From Patescibacteria group bacterium (lineage in GTDB: Bacteria > Patescibacteriota > Minisyncoccia > Phycocordibacterales > Phycocordibacteraceae), in contig JAZJXK010000012.1 in NCBI GenBank assembly GCA_040390955.1, positions 1 to 36,012 on the forward strand: a stretch of 36,012 nt of DNA, written 5' to 3'. The notes beneath the pieces were generated by a model, which was not told the origin of the DNA, made no database searches, and saw only the letters and a list, made by a program, of their open reading frames with translations. The translations under genes and the position numbers were made by a program. Shown here one piece after another: positions 1 to 6,579 of the stretch. Position 1 is the first letter of the stretch. The number at the start of each line of letters is the position of its first letter.

Positions 1-163
1 CAGTAAGAAGCGTGCTCTTTGCTGCATTCAAACACTGCATGCGTAGAGCAGATACACCTACAGGAGTCGGCGTAGATACCACCTGTGCAAAGCTAAATGT
101 TGGAAATACCAATGCAGAAGCTACCGCAAGACTGACACTGACTTTTGTGAACATGCTTTTCAT
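1..163 (-). CDS. Exported hypothetical protein, N-terminal 54 codons only (gene runs off the window start)
   Basis: My own translation of the reverse strand from the ATG at 163-161 gives MKSMFTKVSVSLAVASALVFPTFSFAQVVSTPTPVGVSALRMQCLNAAKSTLLT. It has a basic N-terminus, a hydrophobic core and an SFA-Q cleavage-like site, so it looks like a signal peptide. The frame stays open to position 1. Confidence 0.4.
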   Translation of the reverse strand, partial: MKSMFTKVSVSLAVASALVFPTFSFAQVVSTPTPVGVSALRMQCLNAAKSTLLT

Positions 164-279
164 ACCTTATATAAGAATTATCTAACGTAAATTAGCCCCT
201 ATACAGTAACATTTCTACCCGATTATGTCAATATACCACAACCTCAAAAACCTCGTGCATACAAGCCTACACTTCACCA

Positions 280-1776
280 TCAAAGCTTCGGCATATTAAG
301 ACGAGCCTTAGCTTCAGCTGCCTCTGTCGGGAAATACGTACTCGCCATTTGAAGGAGCGACCCCACTGTATCCGCTCTCTTTCCAAGAAACGCCCGCGCC
401 TCCTGCCCCACTACACCCTTTGTTGCATCAAATAATTCAGCAACATCTTTCGCTTTGAACTTTGCATCAAGTACCGTCTTCAAGCCATCGAGGTGATCAA
501 ATTCTTTTCGATCCTTATCAAGTACCGAACCCATATTATGTTCAAGCTGAACGAGCCTATCAATAAGAGGCACGAGCTTCTTCTGATCATCTTCCTTCCA
601 TATATCGTATGCAACATCAGCAATTTTAGCCCACGACTTTCCGCCATGCGCAGATTTGTTTTTATATCCTGAAATAAAACGAGCACGAGCAGCACTTAGG
701 AAGTTCAATACATCTTCCTTTTCTGCAAAAAGCCCCGCAAACATTTCTCGGGCACCCTGTGGCTCAAGATACGCCATCAGGTCTTCCATGTCTGCTGCTA
801 CAGAAAACACTCTGAGCTCCTCGCCATAACACGAGAGCCCATCCTTACTCTGAGAAGTGAGCTCCGATTGCACAGCAAATAAAGCGTATCTCTTAAGCCG
901 CCATATCGTCTCTTTTGTTTCGTGCGAAATTGATTCATTCAGCATCGCAAGTTTCATTTTAAGCGCCGTTGGTGCACGCGATGCAAAATCAGGCGTAGCA
1001 GTGAGCGTGCTCAATGCCGAGCGAACCTGCTCATCAGCATAGAAACGAACAAGCATATCAGGAAGGTGAATCGGAGCACCTCCTCTCTCCCGAAATAAAT
1101 CTTTTTCAGGAATGAGCGCTGTCGTTGTGTTCTGTTTTGCAGCATCAAGTTGCAATCGTAAAGCTTGAGGAACCGCAGATGAGCCGAGCAGTGCTTCGCG
1201 CACACCAAGAAGCTCTTCCGCTATTCTGAGGCGCCCGTCAGCAAGAAACGTTTCAAACGTTTTTTCAAAATCCTTTGAAAGTGCTGGGTACTTCCCCGCT
1301 TTCAGTTTCAGCATAAAGTACTTCCGTTCTGTTCCGGATGCGTCAGCAAATTTCGCATGCACGAGATCAAAACGCTCCTGCGCCATCGCCTCTTCAGACG
1401 GCACACTCTTCAATAATTTTCGTTGCTCTGAAGGTGAAAGAACACCTTGAATAAACGAAAATGGATACGATGCAAGTGGCGGCACTTTCCACTGTTCGCG
1501 GGCTGAGCGCTGGTATGTGCGCACAACATCTCGCGGAATAAATGGGCCGGGAGACTCTGGAGCACTAGCCGACGACACTTCAACTTTCTTCCCTTGTTTT
1601 CGTTTTTTTCTATTAACCGCTCTTTTTTCGCCTCGCTTACGTAATTCTGCACCGCGAATTACATCATTCATGAGCGTTAAAAACCCGCGTTCACGCCGCG
1701 CCTCTGCAGGGTTTAATGTTCTTCTCTCGTGAGGTGTTTCAACTGAACCTCCCTCAATACCACCAAACACTCTCAT
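280..1776 (-). CDS. Hypothetical protein, 498 aa, with a Lys/Arg-rich N-terminal ~70 aa followed by a long region that looks helical
   Basis: This is the longest ORF in the region, and the competing ORFs are short antisense ones. I recognise no family motif. A -10-like TACACT (1783-1788) lies 6 nt upstream of the ATG. Confidence 0.75.
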   Translation of the reverse strand: MRVFGGIEGGSVETPHERRTLNPAEARRERGFLTLMNDVIRGAELRKRGEKRAVNRKKRKQGKKVEVSSASAPESPGPFIPRDVVRTYQRSAREQWKVPPLASYPFSFIQGVLSPSEQRKLLKSVPSEEAMAQERFDLVHAKFADASGTERKYFMLKLKAGKYPALSKDFEKTFETFLADGRLRIAEELLGVREALLGSSAVPQALRLQLDAAKQNTTTALIPEKDLFRERGGAPIHLPDMLVRFYADEQVRSALSTLTATPDFASRAPTALKMKLAMLNESISHETKETIWRLKRYALFAVQSELTSQSKDGLSCYGEELRVFSVAADMEDLMAYLEPQGAREMFAGLFAEKEDVLNFLSAARARFISGYKNKSAHGGKSWAKIADVAYDIWKEDDQKKLVPLIDRLVQLEHNMGSVLDKDRKEFDHLDGLKTVLDAKFKAKDVAELFDATKGVVGQEARAFLGKRADTVGSLLQMASTYFPTEAAEAKARLNMPKL

Positions 1777-1869
1777 TTTTAAAGTGTAGCACTCTGCCTA
1801 AAATTCACGACACTCTAAAAAACAAGCCTACGATTTTTCTCATCCGTGTATTCTACTATGCAAATTCTA

Positions 1870-3618
1870 CTAGCTTTCTTCTTGAAATTTCGAGACCCCG
1901 ACTGCAGGAGGTAAAAGTTCTTTAAATACCGCGCTGAGTTCTTTGATGCCGACAGGTTTCGTAAGATGCGCCGAAAATCCTGCATCAAGCGCTTTTTGTT
2001 TGTCCTCAAAAAGCCCGTAGCCGGTGAGCGCAACCACTGGCGGAGGAGGTATACCGCGGGAACGCAAGACACGAATCACCTCATACCCATCCATGTGTGG
2101 CATACCAATGTCGAGCAAAATTATATCGAAGTCAGCGAGCCTTTTGTGTGCAAGAACTTCTTCTCCGGAGTACACGGCCTCCGCATGGCCACCGATTTTA
2201 TTCATGAGTTTAACGAGAGAGTCCGCAGCTGGTCTGTTATCGTCCACAACAAGCACACGCTGTGTCATTCCTTCTGTGTTTACATACCCTGGTTCGGACG
2301 CGAAATTGAGCATGCCAGTGATGGGGAACCTCAGAACGAACTCGCTCCCCTTGCCTTTGCCTTCGCTTGTAGCTTCGATTGAGGCATTATGCAAGCCGAC
2401 TATTTCATGCACAAGGAGGAGCCCGATGCCAAGTCCACTTGAATTATTTCCGTTATTGCCTTTATAGTAGAGCTCGAAAATATTAGATAAATCGGCCTCG
2501 TCAATCCCAACGCCGTTATCACGAATTTTAAGAACCGCACATCCGTTCTCTTTTGAAAGATTAACCCATATGGAGCCACCAGATGGGGTAAATTTTGCAG
2601 CATTGCTCATAAGATTAGTGATGGCCTGTTCGAGCCGCGTGTCGTCCGCCCACACCTGGAGAGGCGTACTCGGATACGTAACGTGGAGTGTAATATCGGA
2701 GGCGCGCAAAAGCGCGCTGCTGGCCTTGAGTGAGCGCTCTACGAGTTTGCGGAGCTCCACTGTATGCGGCACGATCTGGATCTTGGCCTGTGTAAAGCGG
2801 GTGACATCCAAAAGATCGCCGAGCAGCTTGGCGAGATGGTCAAATTGGTGCTCGATGCTATCAAGCTCTTCACGCACGTCAGTTGTGGTTTCGCGTAGTT
2901 TCAAAAGCTCAAGTGAACTCTTGATAGGAGCTAGAGGATTCCGTAGCTCGTGCGACAGAGAAGCAAGGAAGAGATCCTTTGCCTTGTCGCGCTTTGATAT
3001 TTCATCCGAAAGACGACCGTTGTCGAGAATGACACCGAGATCGTTACAAAACGCCTGAAAGAACTCGAAGTCATCTTGCGTATACACTCTGCCGGATTCT
3101 GCATATCCAAGCGAAAGTGCGCCGAGCGTCTTGCCGAGCGCGCAAATAGGAATAATCATGAGCGATTTCAGACCAAGACGCTGCATCGCGGCGAGATGCT
3201 CGGGCGAACGGGCGCCCTGCCGCACAGTCTCATCGGTAACGACTGGCACCAACTGTGCCTTCCCTGTCCTAATAACCTCGTAGAGGTCACTCGAATTCTT
3301 TTCGGTTGTGGGAAATCGTTTTTCAAACTCAAAAAGATAGTCGGTCATCTTCTGATCCCGGTGGATGACCGCGATGCGCTCAAGACCATTGTGCTCAACA
3401 AGCACATCAATAGCGCACCAGTCGGCAAGTGATGGCACGGTGAGTTTCGCCTTTTCCAAAAGCCATGTGCGAAAGTCAATTTTCGCCGAGAGTATCTTCG
3501 CCGATTCGAGCATAAAGCGAAGTCTGCCCTCAAGCCCATTGGAATGCGAAGAAGTACCGCTGGGTGCGTTTCTTTTTTGTATGTCGAATTTAGTCATGCA
3601 TGGTGTAGAACCATGCAA
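1870..3618 (-). CDS. Hybrid sensor histidine kinase: GAF-like sensor, HisKA, HATPase_c and a C-terminal receiver domain
   Basis: H-box LSHELRNPLAPI. N and G boxes NLMSNAAKF, IRDNGVGI and GLGIGLLLV. The receiver region is RVLVVDDNRPAAD...ILLDIGMPHMDGYEV...LTKP. Codon 3618 is TTG; the first in-frame ATG (MTKFDIQ) is at 3597 and may be the true start. Confidence 0.9.
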   Translation of the reverse strand: MHGSTPCMTKFDIQKRNAPSGTSSHSNGLEGRLRFMLESAKILSAKIDFRTWLLEKAKLTVPSLADWCAIDVLVEHNGLERIAVIHRDQKMTDYLFEFEKRFPTTEKNSSDLYEVIRTGKAQLVPVVTDETVRQGARSPEHLAAMQRLGLKSLMIIPICALGKTLGALSLGYAESGRVYTQDDFEFFQAFCNDLGVILDNGRLSDEISKRDKAKDLFLASLSHELRNPLAPIKSSLELLKLRETTTDVREELDSIEHQFDHLAKLLGDLLDVTRFTQAKIQIVPHTVELRKLVERSLKASSALLRASDITLHVTYPSTPLQVWADDTRLEQAITNLMSNAAKFTPSGGSIWVNLSKENGCAVLKIRDNGVGIDEADLSNIFELYYKGNNGNNSSGLGIGLLLVHEIVGLHNASIEATSEGKGKGSEFVLRFPITGMLNFASEPGYVNTEGMTQRVLVVDDNRPAADSLVKLMNKIGGHAEAVYSGEEVLAHKRLADFDIILLDIGMPHMDGYEVIRVLRSRGIPPPPVVALTGYGLFEDKQKALDAGFSAHLTKPVGIKELSAVFKELLPPAVGVSKFQEES

Positions 3619-3934
3619 AGCACACAGTTATACCAAGAGTATAGCATTGGGTCATGAAGATACCATGAAGATGTCATCAATCTAGGAGGTAATTTGCAAA
3701 GCGCTTGAATGCTAGCCTCGTGATGTTTTGAAATATAGGAAATAAAGACGTCCGCAGCACCCCAAGAGGAATGCCTCGACACATCTCCGACACTAAATAC
3801 TTCGGGCGAGCCGCTCGCAGTTAGCACGCGCCACTCCCATACAATATAAAGTTTGTTTTCAGATGACCTGCCGAGACCTCAACAACAGAAGTCATTTTTT
3901 GAAAAAACGACAAATGCGGCAACTGGCTAAGCTG

Positions 3935-4372
3935 CTATTTTTGTCCGATGCTTTTTGCGTCAAATTCAACCGTCCACTCAATTCCGTATTTGTCTCGAAA
4001 CATTGCAAAGTATGTTCCCCAAGGGCTCTCTGCCATAGGCATTTCAACTGTTCCCCCTACCGAAAGTCCATTGAATAATTTGTCGGCCTCGTCTTTGCTT
4101 TCTGCAGTTATTGAAATTTTACTTCTATTTTCGTTTTCATTTACTCGTCCCATACTCTCTGGAACATCATTAGCAATTAAAATGTTTTTACCAATAGGCA
4201 AAACAATGCGCATTATTTTATTTGCCTCATTTTCTGATACGGGAAATTCTGCACTTGCCATGTCTTTGAAGCGAGTTATTTTCCCGAACTCTCCGCCGAA
4301 CACTGATTTATAAAACGCGAACGCTTCTTCAGTATTTCCGTTGAAGTTGATGTAAGGATTTATGGTGGCCAT
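3935..4372 (-). CDS. VOC/glyoxalase-superfamily protein, PhnB-like (3-demethylubiquinone-9 3-methyltransferase domain type)
   Basis: 145 aa. The N-terminus (INPYINFNGNTEEAFAFYKSVFGG) and C-terminus (WGTYFAMFRDKYGIEW) are typical of PhnB-like VOC proteins. Confidence 0.8.
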   Translation of the reverse strand: MATINPYINFNGNTEEAFAFYKSVFGGEFGKITRFKDMASAEFPVSENEANKIMRIVLPIGKNILIANDVPESMGRVNENENRSKISITAESKDEADKLFNGLSVGGTVEMPMAESPWGTYFAMFRDKYGIEWTVEFDAKSIGQK

Positions 4373-4378
4373 GTAAAT

Positions 4379-4387
4379 ATTTTAACA
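4379..4387 (-). promoter_or_regulatory. Extended -10 (TGT-TAAAAT) 6 nt upstream of the VOC gene ATG, a leaderless-type promoter
   Basis: The reverse strand reads CATGTTAAAATATTTAC-ATG. There is no Shine-Dalgarno site. Confidence 0.4.
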
Positions 4388-4393
4388 TGGTAC

Positions 4394-4530
4394 AGGTGGA
4401 GGTGGAGAGATTCGGCTCCCGTCACTAAACTTGAGGACTCGTTAAGTGCGCCAGCCCGGCCTCACCTGTCGCAAGCGACATGGTTCCGGCATTCGAATCT
4501 CTCACACAATGCATGCAGATGCATTGCTCG
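4394..4530. other. Structured spacer containing degenerate copies of the tRNA-Ser 3' end. Candidate unclassified ncRNA or decayed att-site or tRNA remnant
   Basis: 4395-4414 matches 4576-4595 (tRNA-Ser T-arm, acceptor and CC) at 18/20 in the same orientation. 4492-4503 (TTCGAATCTCTC) is a 12/12 inverted copy. 4402-4414 pairs with 4494-4507 (10 bp, a bulge, then 3 bp). Inner hairpins are at 4467-4480 (TGTCG-CAAG-CGACA) and 4507-4526 (CAATGCAT-GCAG-ATGCATTG). Confidence 0.35.
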
Positions 4531-4537
4531 TCTCCGC

Positions 4538-4562
4538 CAAAGAAAATTGCCCCTTTCGGGGC
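4538..4562 (-). terminator. Intrinsic terminator downstream of tRNA-Ser (possibly bidirectional)
   Basis: The reverse strand reads GCCCC-GAAA-GGGGC followed by AATTTTCTTT. On the plus strand the same hairpin is followed by GTATTTTCT. Confidence 0.6.
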
Positions 4563-4574
4563 GTATTTTCTAAT

Positions 4575-4662
4575 TGGCGGAGGCGGAGAGATTCGAACTC
4601 TCGGTAGGTTTCCCTACACACGCTTTCCAAGCGTGCGCACTAGACCGCTATGCGACGCCTCC
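4575..4662 (-). tRNA. tRNA-Ser (anticodon GGA), type II with a long variable arm and encoded CCA
   Basis: I folded it by hand. Acceptor GGAGGCG/CGCCTCC. D-arm GCAT/GTGC with a GG loop. Anticodon stem CACGC/GCGTG with loop TTGGAAA. Variable arm GTAGG-GAAA-CCTAC. T-arm GAGAG-TTCGAAT-CTCTC. Discriminator G, then CCA. Confidence 0.95.
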
Positions 4663-4727
4663 GTGTTCTCTTGTATACCATATTAGAAACTTGGACGCAG
4701 GATTCGAAGTACCAATAAGAGAGAGGT

Positions 4728-4988
4728 TTGAAAAAACTACTCTTGAACATGAACCCAAACACCTACGAAACTACAGACATCGAAGCAGTTCCAAAAGCGA
4801 TTACACACTCGCGCGAACTCACCGCAAAGAAACAAAGGCACCAGCATCGGTTCTTTTTGGAAATCCGCATCGTGCATGAAATACGACTCGTCGCCAACCA
4901 AATCTCAAAAAAGGCTTCTTCTGCAACGCTACAGGCTTTAGATCATTTTCAAAATAGAGAAATTGTTGCAGAACCAGCATTTGTGTAA
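4728..4988 (+). CDS. Hypothetical small protein (86 aa from TTG 4728; 79 aa if it starts at ATG 4749)
   Basis: It is the only sizeable ORF in this interval. A -10-like TACTCT (4738-4743) lies 5 nt before ATG 4749. I recognise no domain. Confidence 0.35.
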   Translation: MKKLLLNMNPNTYETTDIEAVPKAITHSRELTAKKQRHQHRFFLEIRIVHEIRLVANQISKKASSATLQALDHFQNREIVAEPAFV

Positions 4989-5017
4989 CTTACTAATACT
5001 GTCAAAAGTTATATAGA

Positions 5018-5046
5018 TGAAAGGTCGAAATTTTATACAAGATAAT
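5018..5046 (+). promoter_or_regulatory. Cassette-1 upstream motif TGAAAGGTCGAAATTTTA; as a promoter it reads TGAAAG-N17-GATAAT
   Basis: The motif is repeated at 5319-5346 at the same distance from a 40-codon ORF. Confidence 0.35.
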
Positions 5047-5060
5047 TTTTTAAAACTTCT

Positions 5061-5183
5061 ATGGCATACGAAGGAAAAGACGCATCAGTAGGAGTTCGTG
5101 TTGGCGGCGAGCGGAAAGCCGGTCGCGGAGCAGTCGGACTTTTTGCCGAGCTCTTTAAGCAGGGCGGCACTACTACAGCCTGA
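5061..5183 (+). CDS. Small ORF 1, 40 aa: MAYEGKDASVGVRVGGERKAGRGAVGLFAELFKQGGTTTA
   Basis: My own translation; it is below the ORF-track length cutoff. It has the same length, start context (CTATGSCATWC) and flanking architecture as the ORF at 5360-5482. Confidence 0.4.
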   Translation: MAYEGKDASVGVRVGGERKAGRGAVGLFAELFKQGGTTTA

Positions 5184-5193
5184 GTTTTAGGCT

Positions 5194-5229
5194 ACTCATA
5201 ACAAGCGAATACGTTCGCTTGTTATGAGT
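5194..5229 (+). other. 16-bp perfect hairpin (ACTCATAACAAGCGAA-TACG-TTCGCTTGTTATGAGT) with no U-tract
   Basis: Seen directly in the sequence. It lies 11 nt after the small ORF 1 stop and before the terminator. Confidence 0.7.
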
Positions 5230-5239
5230 GCAATCATAC

Positions 5240-5260
5240 TCCCCGAAATGGGGATTTTTT
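5240..5260 (+). terminator. Intrinsic terminator of cassette 1
   Basis: TCCCC-GAAAT-GGGGA followed by TTTTTT. Confidence 0.7.
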
Positions 5261-5318
5261 ATTGCACAATAAAACTTACTTTTTGCAACTTATTCCCTGG
5301 AACCTGAGTACAGTTAGG

Positions 5319-5346
5319 TGAAAGGTCGGATTTTACTCACCGTAAT
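5319..5346 (+). promoter_or_regulatory. Cassette-2 upstream motif TGAAAGGTCGGATTTTA; as a promoter it reads TGAAAG-N16-CGTAAT (ECF-like)
   Basis: Paralogous to 5018-5046. It resembles the ECF-type TGAAAC-N16-CGTA promoter architecture. Confidence 0.35.
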
Positions 5347-5359
5347 CTTTCAATACCCT

Positions 5360-5482
5360 ATGCCATTCAATAAAGAAAGAGCTGAACGAATTGGCGTTGA
5401 AACCTTGAAGGTGGTCGGCATCAATATTGGCAGCGAAGTGGCCGTGGAAGTCTTGAAAGTCATCATACGAGGTATCCACTAA
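5360..5482 (+). CDS. Small ORF 2, 40 aa: MPFNKERAERIGVETLKVVGINIGSEVAVEVLKVIIRGIH
   Basis: My own translation. It has the same architecture as small ORF 1. Confidence 0.4.
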   Translation: MPFNKERAERIGVETLKVVGINIGSEVAVEVLKVIIRGIH

Positions 5483-5493
5483 GCCCTTAAATA

Positions 5494-5523
5494 AAAGAAG
5501 GAGCGGGAATGCGCTTCTTCTTT
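5494..5523 (+). other. 12-bp hairpin (one G-U pair) after small ORF 2
   Basis: AAAGAAGGAGCG-GGAATG-CGCTTCTTCTTT. It sits in the position equivalent to hairpin 5194-5229. Confidence 0.6.
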
Positions 5524-5538
5524 AGTGCGAACAACACA

Positions 5539-5559
5539 TCCCTTGTACGGGGATTTTTT
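5539..5559 (+). terminator. Intrinsic terminator of cassette 2
   Basis: TCCC-TTGTACG-GGGA followed by TTTTTT. It abuts the htpX stop on the other strand. Confidence 0.65.
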
Positions 5560-5564
5560 ATATA

Positions 5565-6455
5565 TCAAGAACCAAGAAGTGCACGGATTCTTTCTTCAAT
5601 GGGTGGATGAGTCATAAAAAATTTACCAACACCCTTTATCGCACCAGCACCGAAAGGGTTTGAAATGAAGAGGTGCGCCGTTGCAGAGCTTGGGTGTCGC
5701 ATCGAGCCTTGATAGGAGCCGAGTTTTTGAAGTGCCGATGCCAAACCTTCAGGATAGCGGGTTAAAAGTGCGCCTGAAGCGTCCGCCAAAAACTCACGCT
5801 TCCGCGATACCGCGAGCTTTATAAGTTGCGCCGCTATAGGAGCAAGCACAGCTGCCACAAGGGCTATTATGGTAAAAATCGCTCCTGCCCTGCCGTCGTT
5901 ATCGCGACTTCCACCGCCCCAGAAAGACATTCTTAAAAACATATCTGCAAGAATTGCCACAAATCCCGCGAGCACAACGGCAATGGTCATAAGCAGCATG
6001 TCGTGATTTTTGATATGACTCATTTCGTGAGCAATCACGCCTTCAAGTTCGACGCGCGTCATCATTGCAAGGAGTCCCGTCGTTGCACACACTACCGCAT
6101 GCTTCTCATCTCTTCCTGTTGCAAATGCATTTGGCGCGGGATCATCGATGACGTAGAGCTTTGGCAGCGGCAACCCAGCGGTGATTGCAAGATTTTCCGC
6201 AACAGTATAGAAATCAAAAAACTCTTCCCTAGTCGCAGGGCGTGACCTCGTCATTGAAAGAACAATTTTGTCTGAAAACCAGTATGAACCGACATTCACC
6301 AGCAATGAAAACGCCACAGCAATATAAAGAATAATTGGAGAGTTGTAATACCAAGAAATCCCCCACCCAATACCGATGACTGCAATCAAAAAGACGGCCA
6401 TAAGCGCCCACGTTTTGTGAATATTTGACTCTTGTTCCTGATACAATGACGCCAT
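5565..6455 (-). CDS. htpX: Zinc metalloprotease HtpX (peptidase family M48)
   Basis: HEMSHIKNHD zincin motif, N-terminal TM helices and C-terminal THPPIEERI. It is one of the few genes here with a clear SD (AGGAGG just upstream of the ATG). Confidence 0.95.
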   Translation of the reverse strand: MASLYQEQESNIHKTWALMAVFLIAVIGIGWGISWYYNSPIILYIAVAFSLLVNVGSYWFSDKIVLSMTRSRPATREEFFDFYTVAENLAITAGLPLPKLYVIDDPAPNAFATGRDEKHAVVCATTGLLAMMTRVELEGVIAHEMSHIKNHDMLLMTIAVVLAGFVAILADMFLRMSFWGGGSRDNDGRAGAIFTIIALVAAVLAPIAAQLIKLAVSRKREFLADASGALLTRYPEGLASALQKLGSYQGSMRHPSSATAHLFISNPFGAGAIKGVGKFFMTHPPIEERIRALLGS

Positions 6456-6543
6456 AGCCTCCTATTGTACAAGTTTTTTCTTCTTGCTTCTAATCCTGAG
6501 ATACAAACAGCAGAAAACCAAAAAACTTGGATAGAGCGAGGAC

Positions 6544-6572
6544 TTGCATAAAATATGATTTAATGTTATAAT
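6544..6572 (+). promoter_or_regulatory. Near-consensus sigma-70 promoter TTGCAT-N17-TATAAT, 7 nt upstream of ATG 6580 (leaderless transcript predicted)
   Basis: -35 at 6544-6549, -10 at 6567-6572, spacer exactly 17 nt. Confidence 0.7.
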
Positions 6573-6579
6573 AGCAACA

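Noticed and set aside
3594-3827. 77-aa minus-strand ORF upstream of the histidine kinase
   Set aside because: It overlaps the kinase start region, has an odd composition (Cys/Trp/His-rich, no motif), and lies in what is more likely the kinase promoter or 5' region.
4394-4510. Second tRNA gene (type II Ser/Leu or Sec) or SRP (4.5S) RNA next to tRNA-Ser
   Set aside because: Despite the tRNA-Ser-like 3' end, I could not fold a cloverleaf. No 5-bp T-stem flanks a 7-nt T-loop, and no matching 5' acceptor strand is in the right place. For SRP RNA, the stretch GAACCAUGUC resembles the helix-8 approach, but the hairpin closes directly with a CUUG loop. It lacks the conserved GNAR tetraloop and AGCA symmetric-loop motif needed for Ffh binding. 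It is kept only as an unclassified element.
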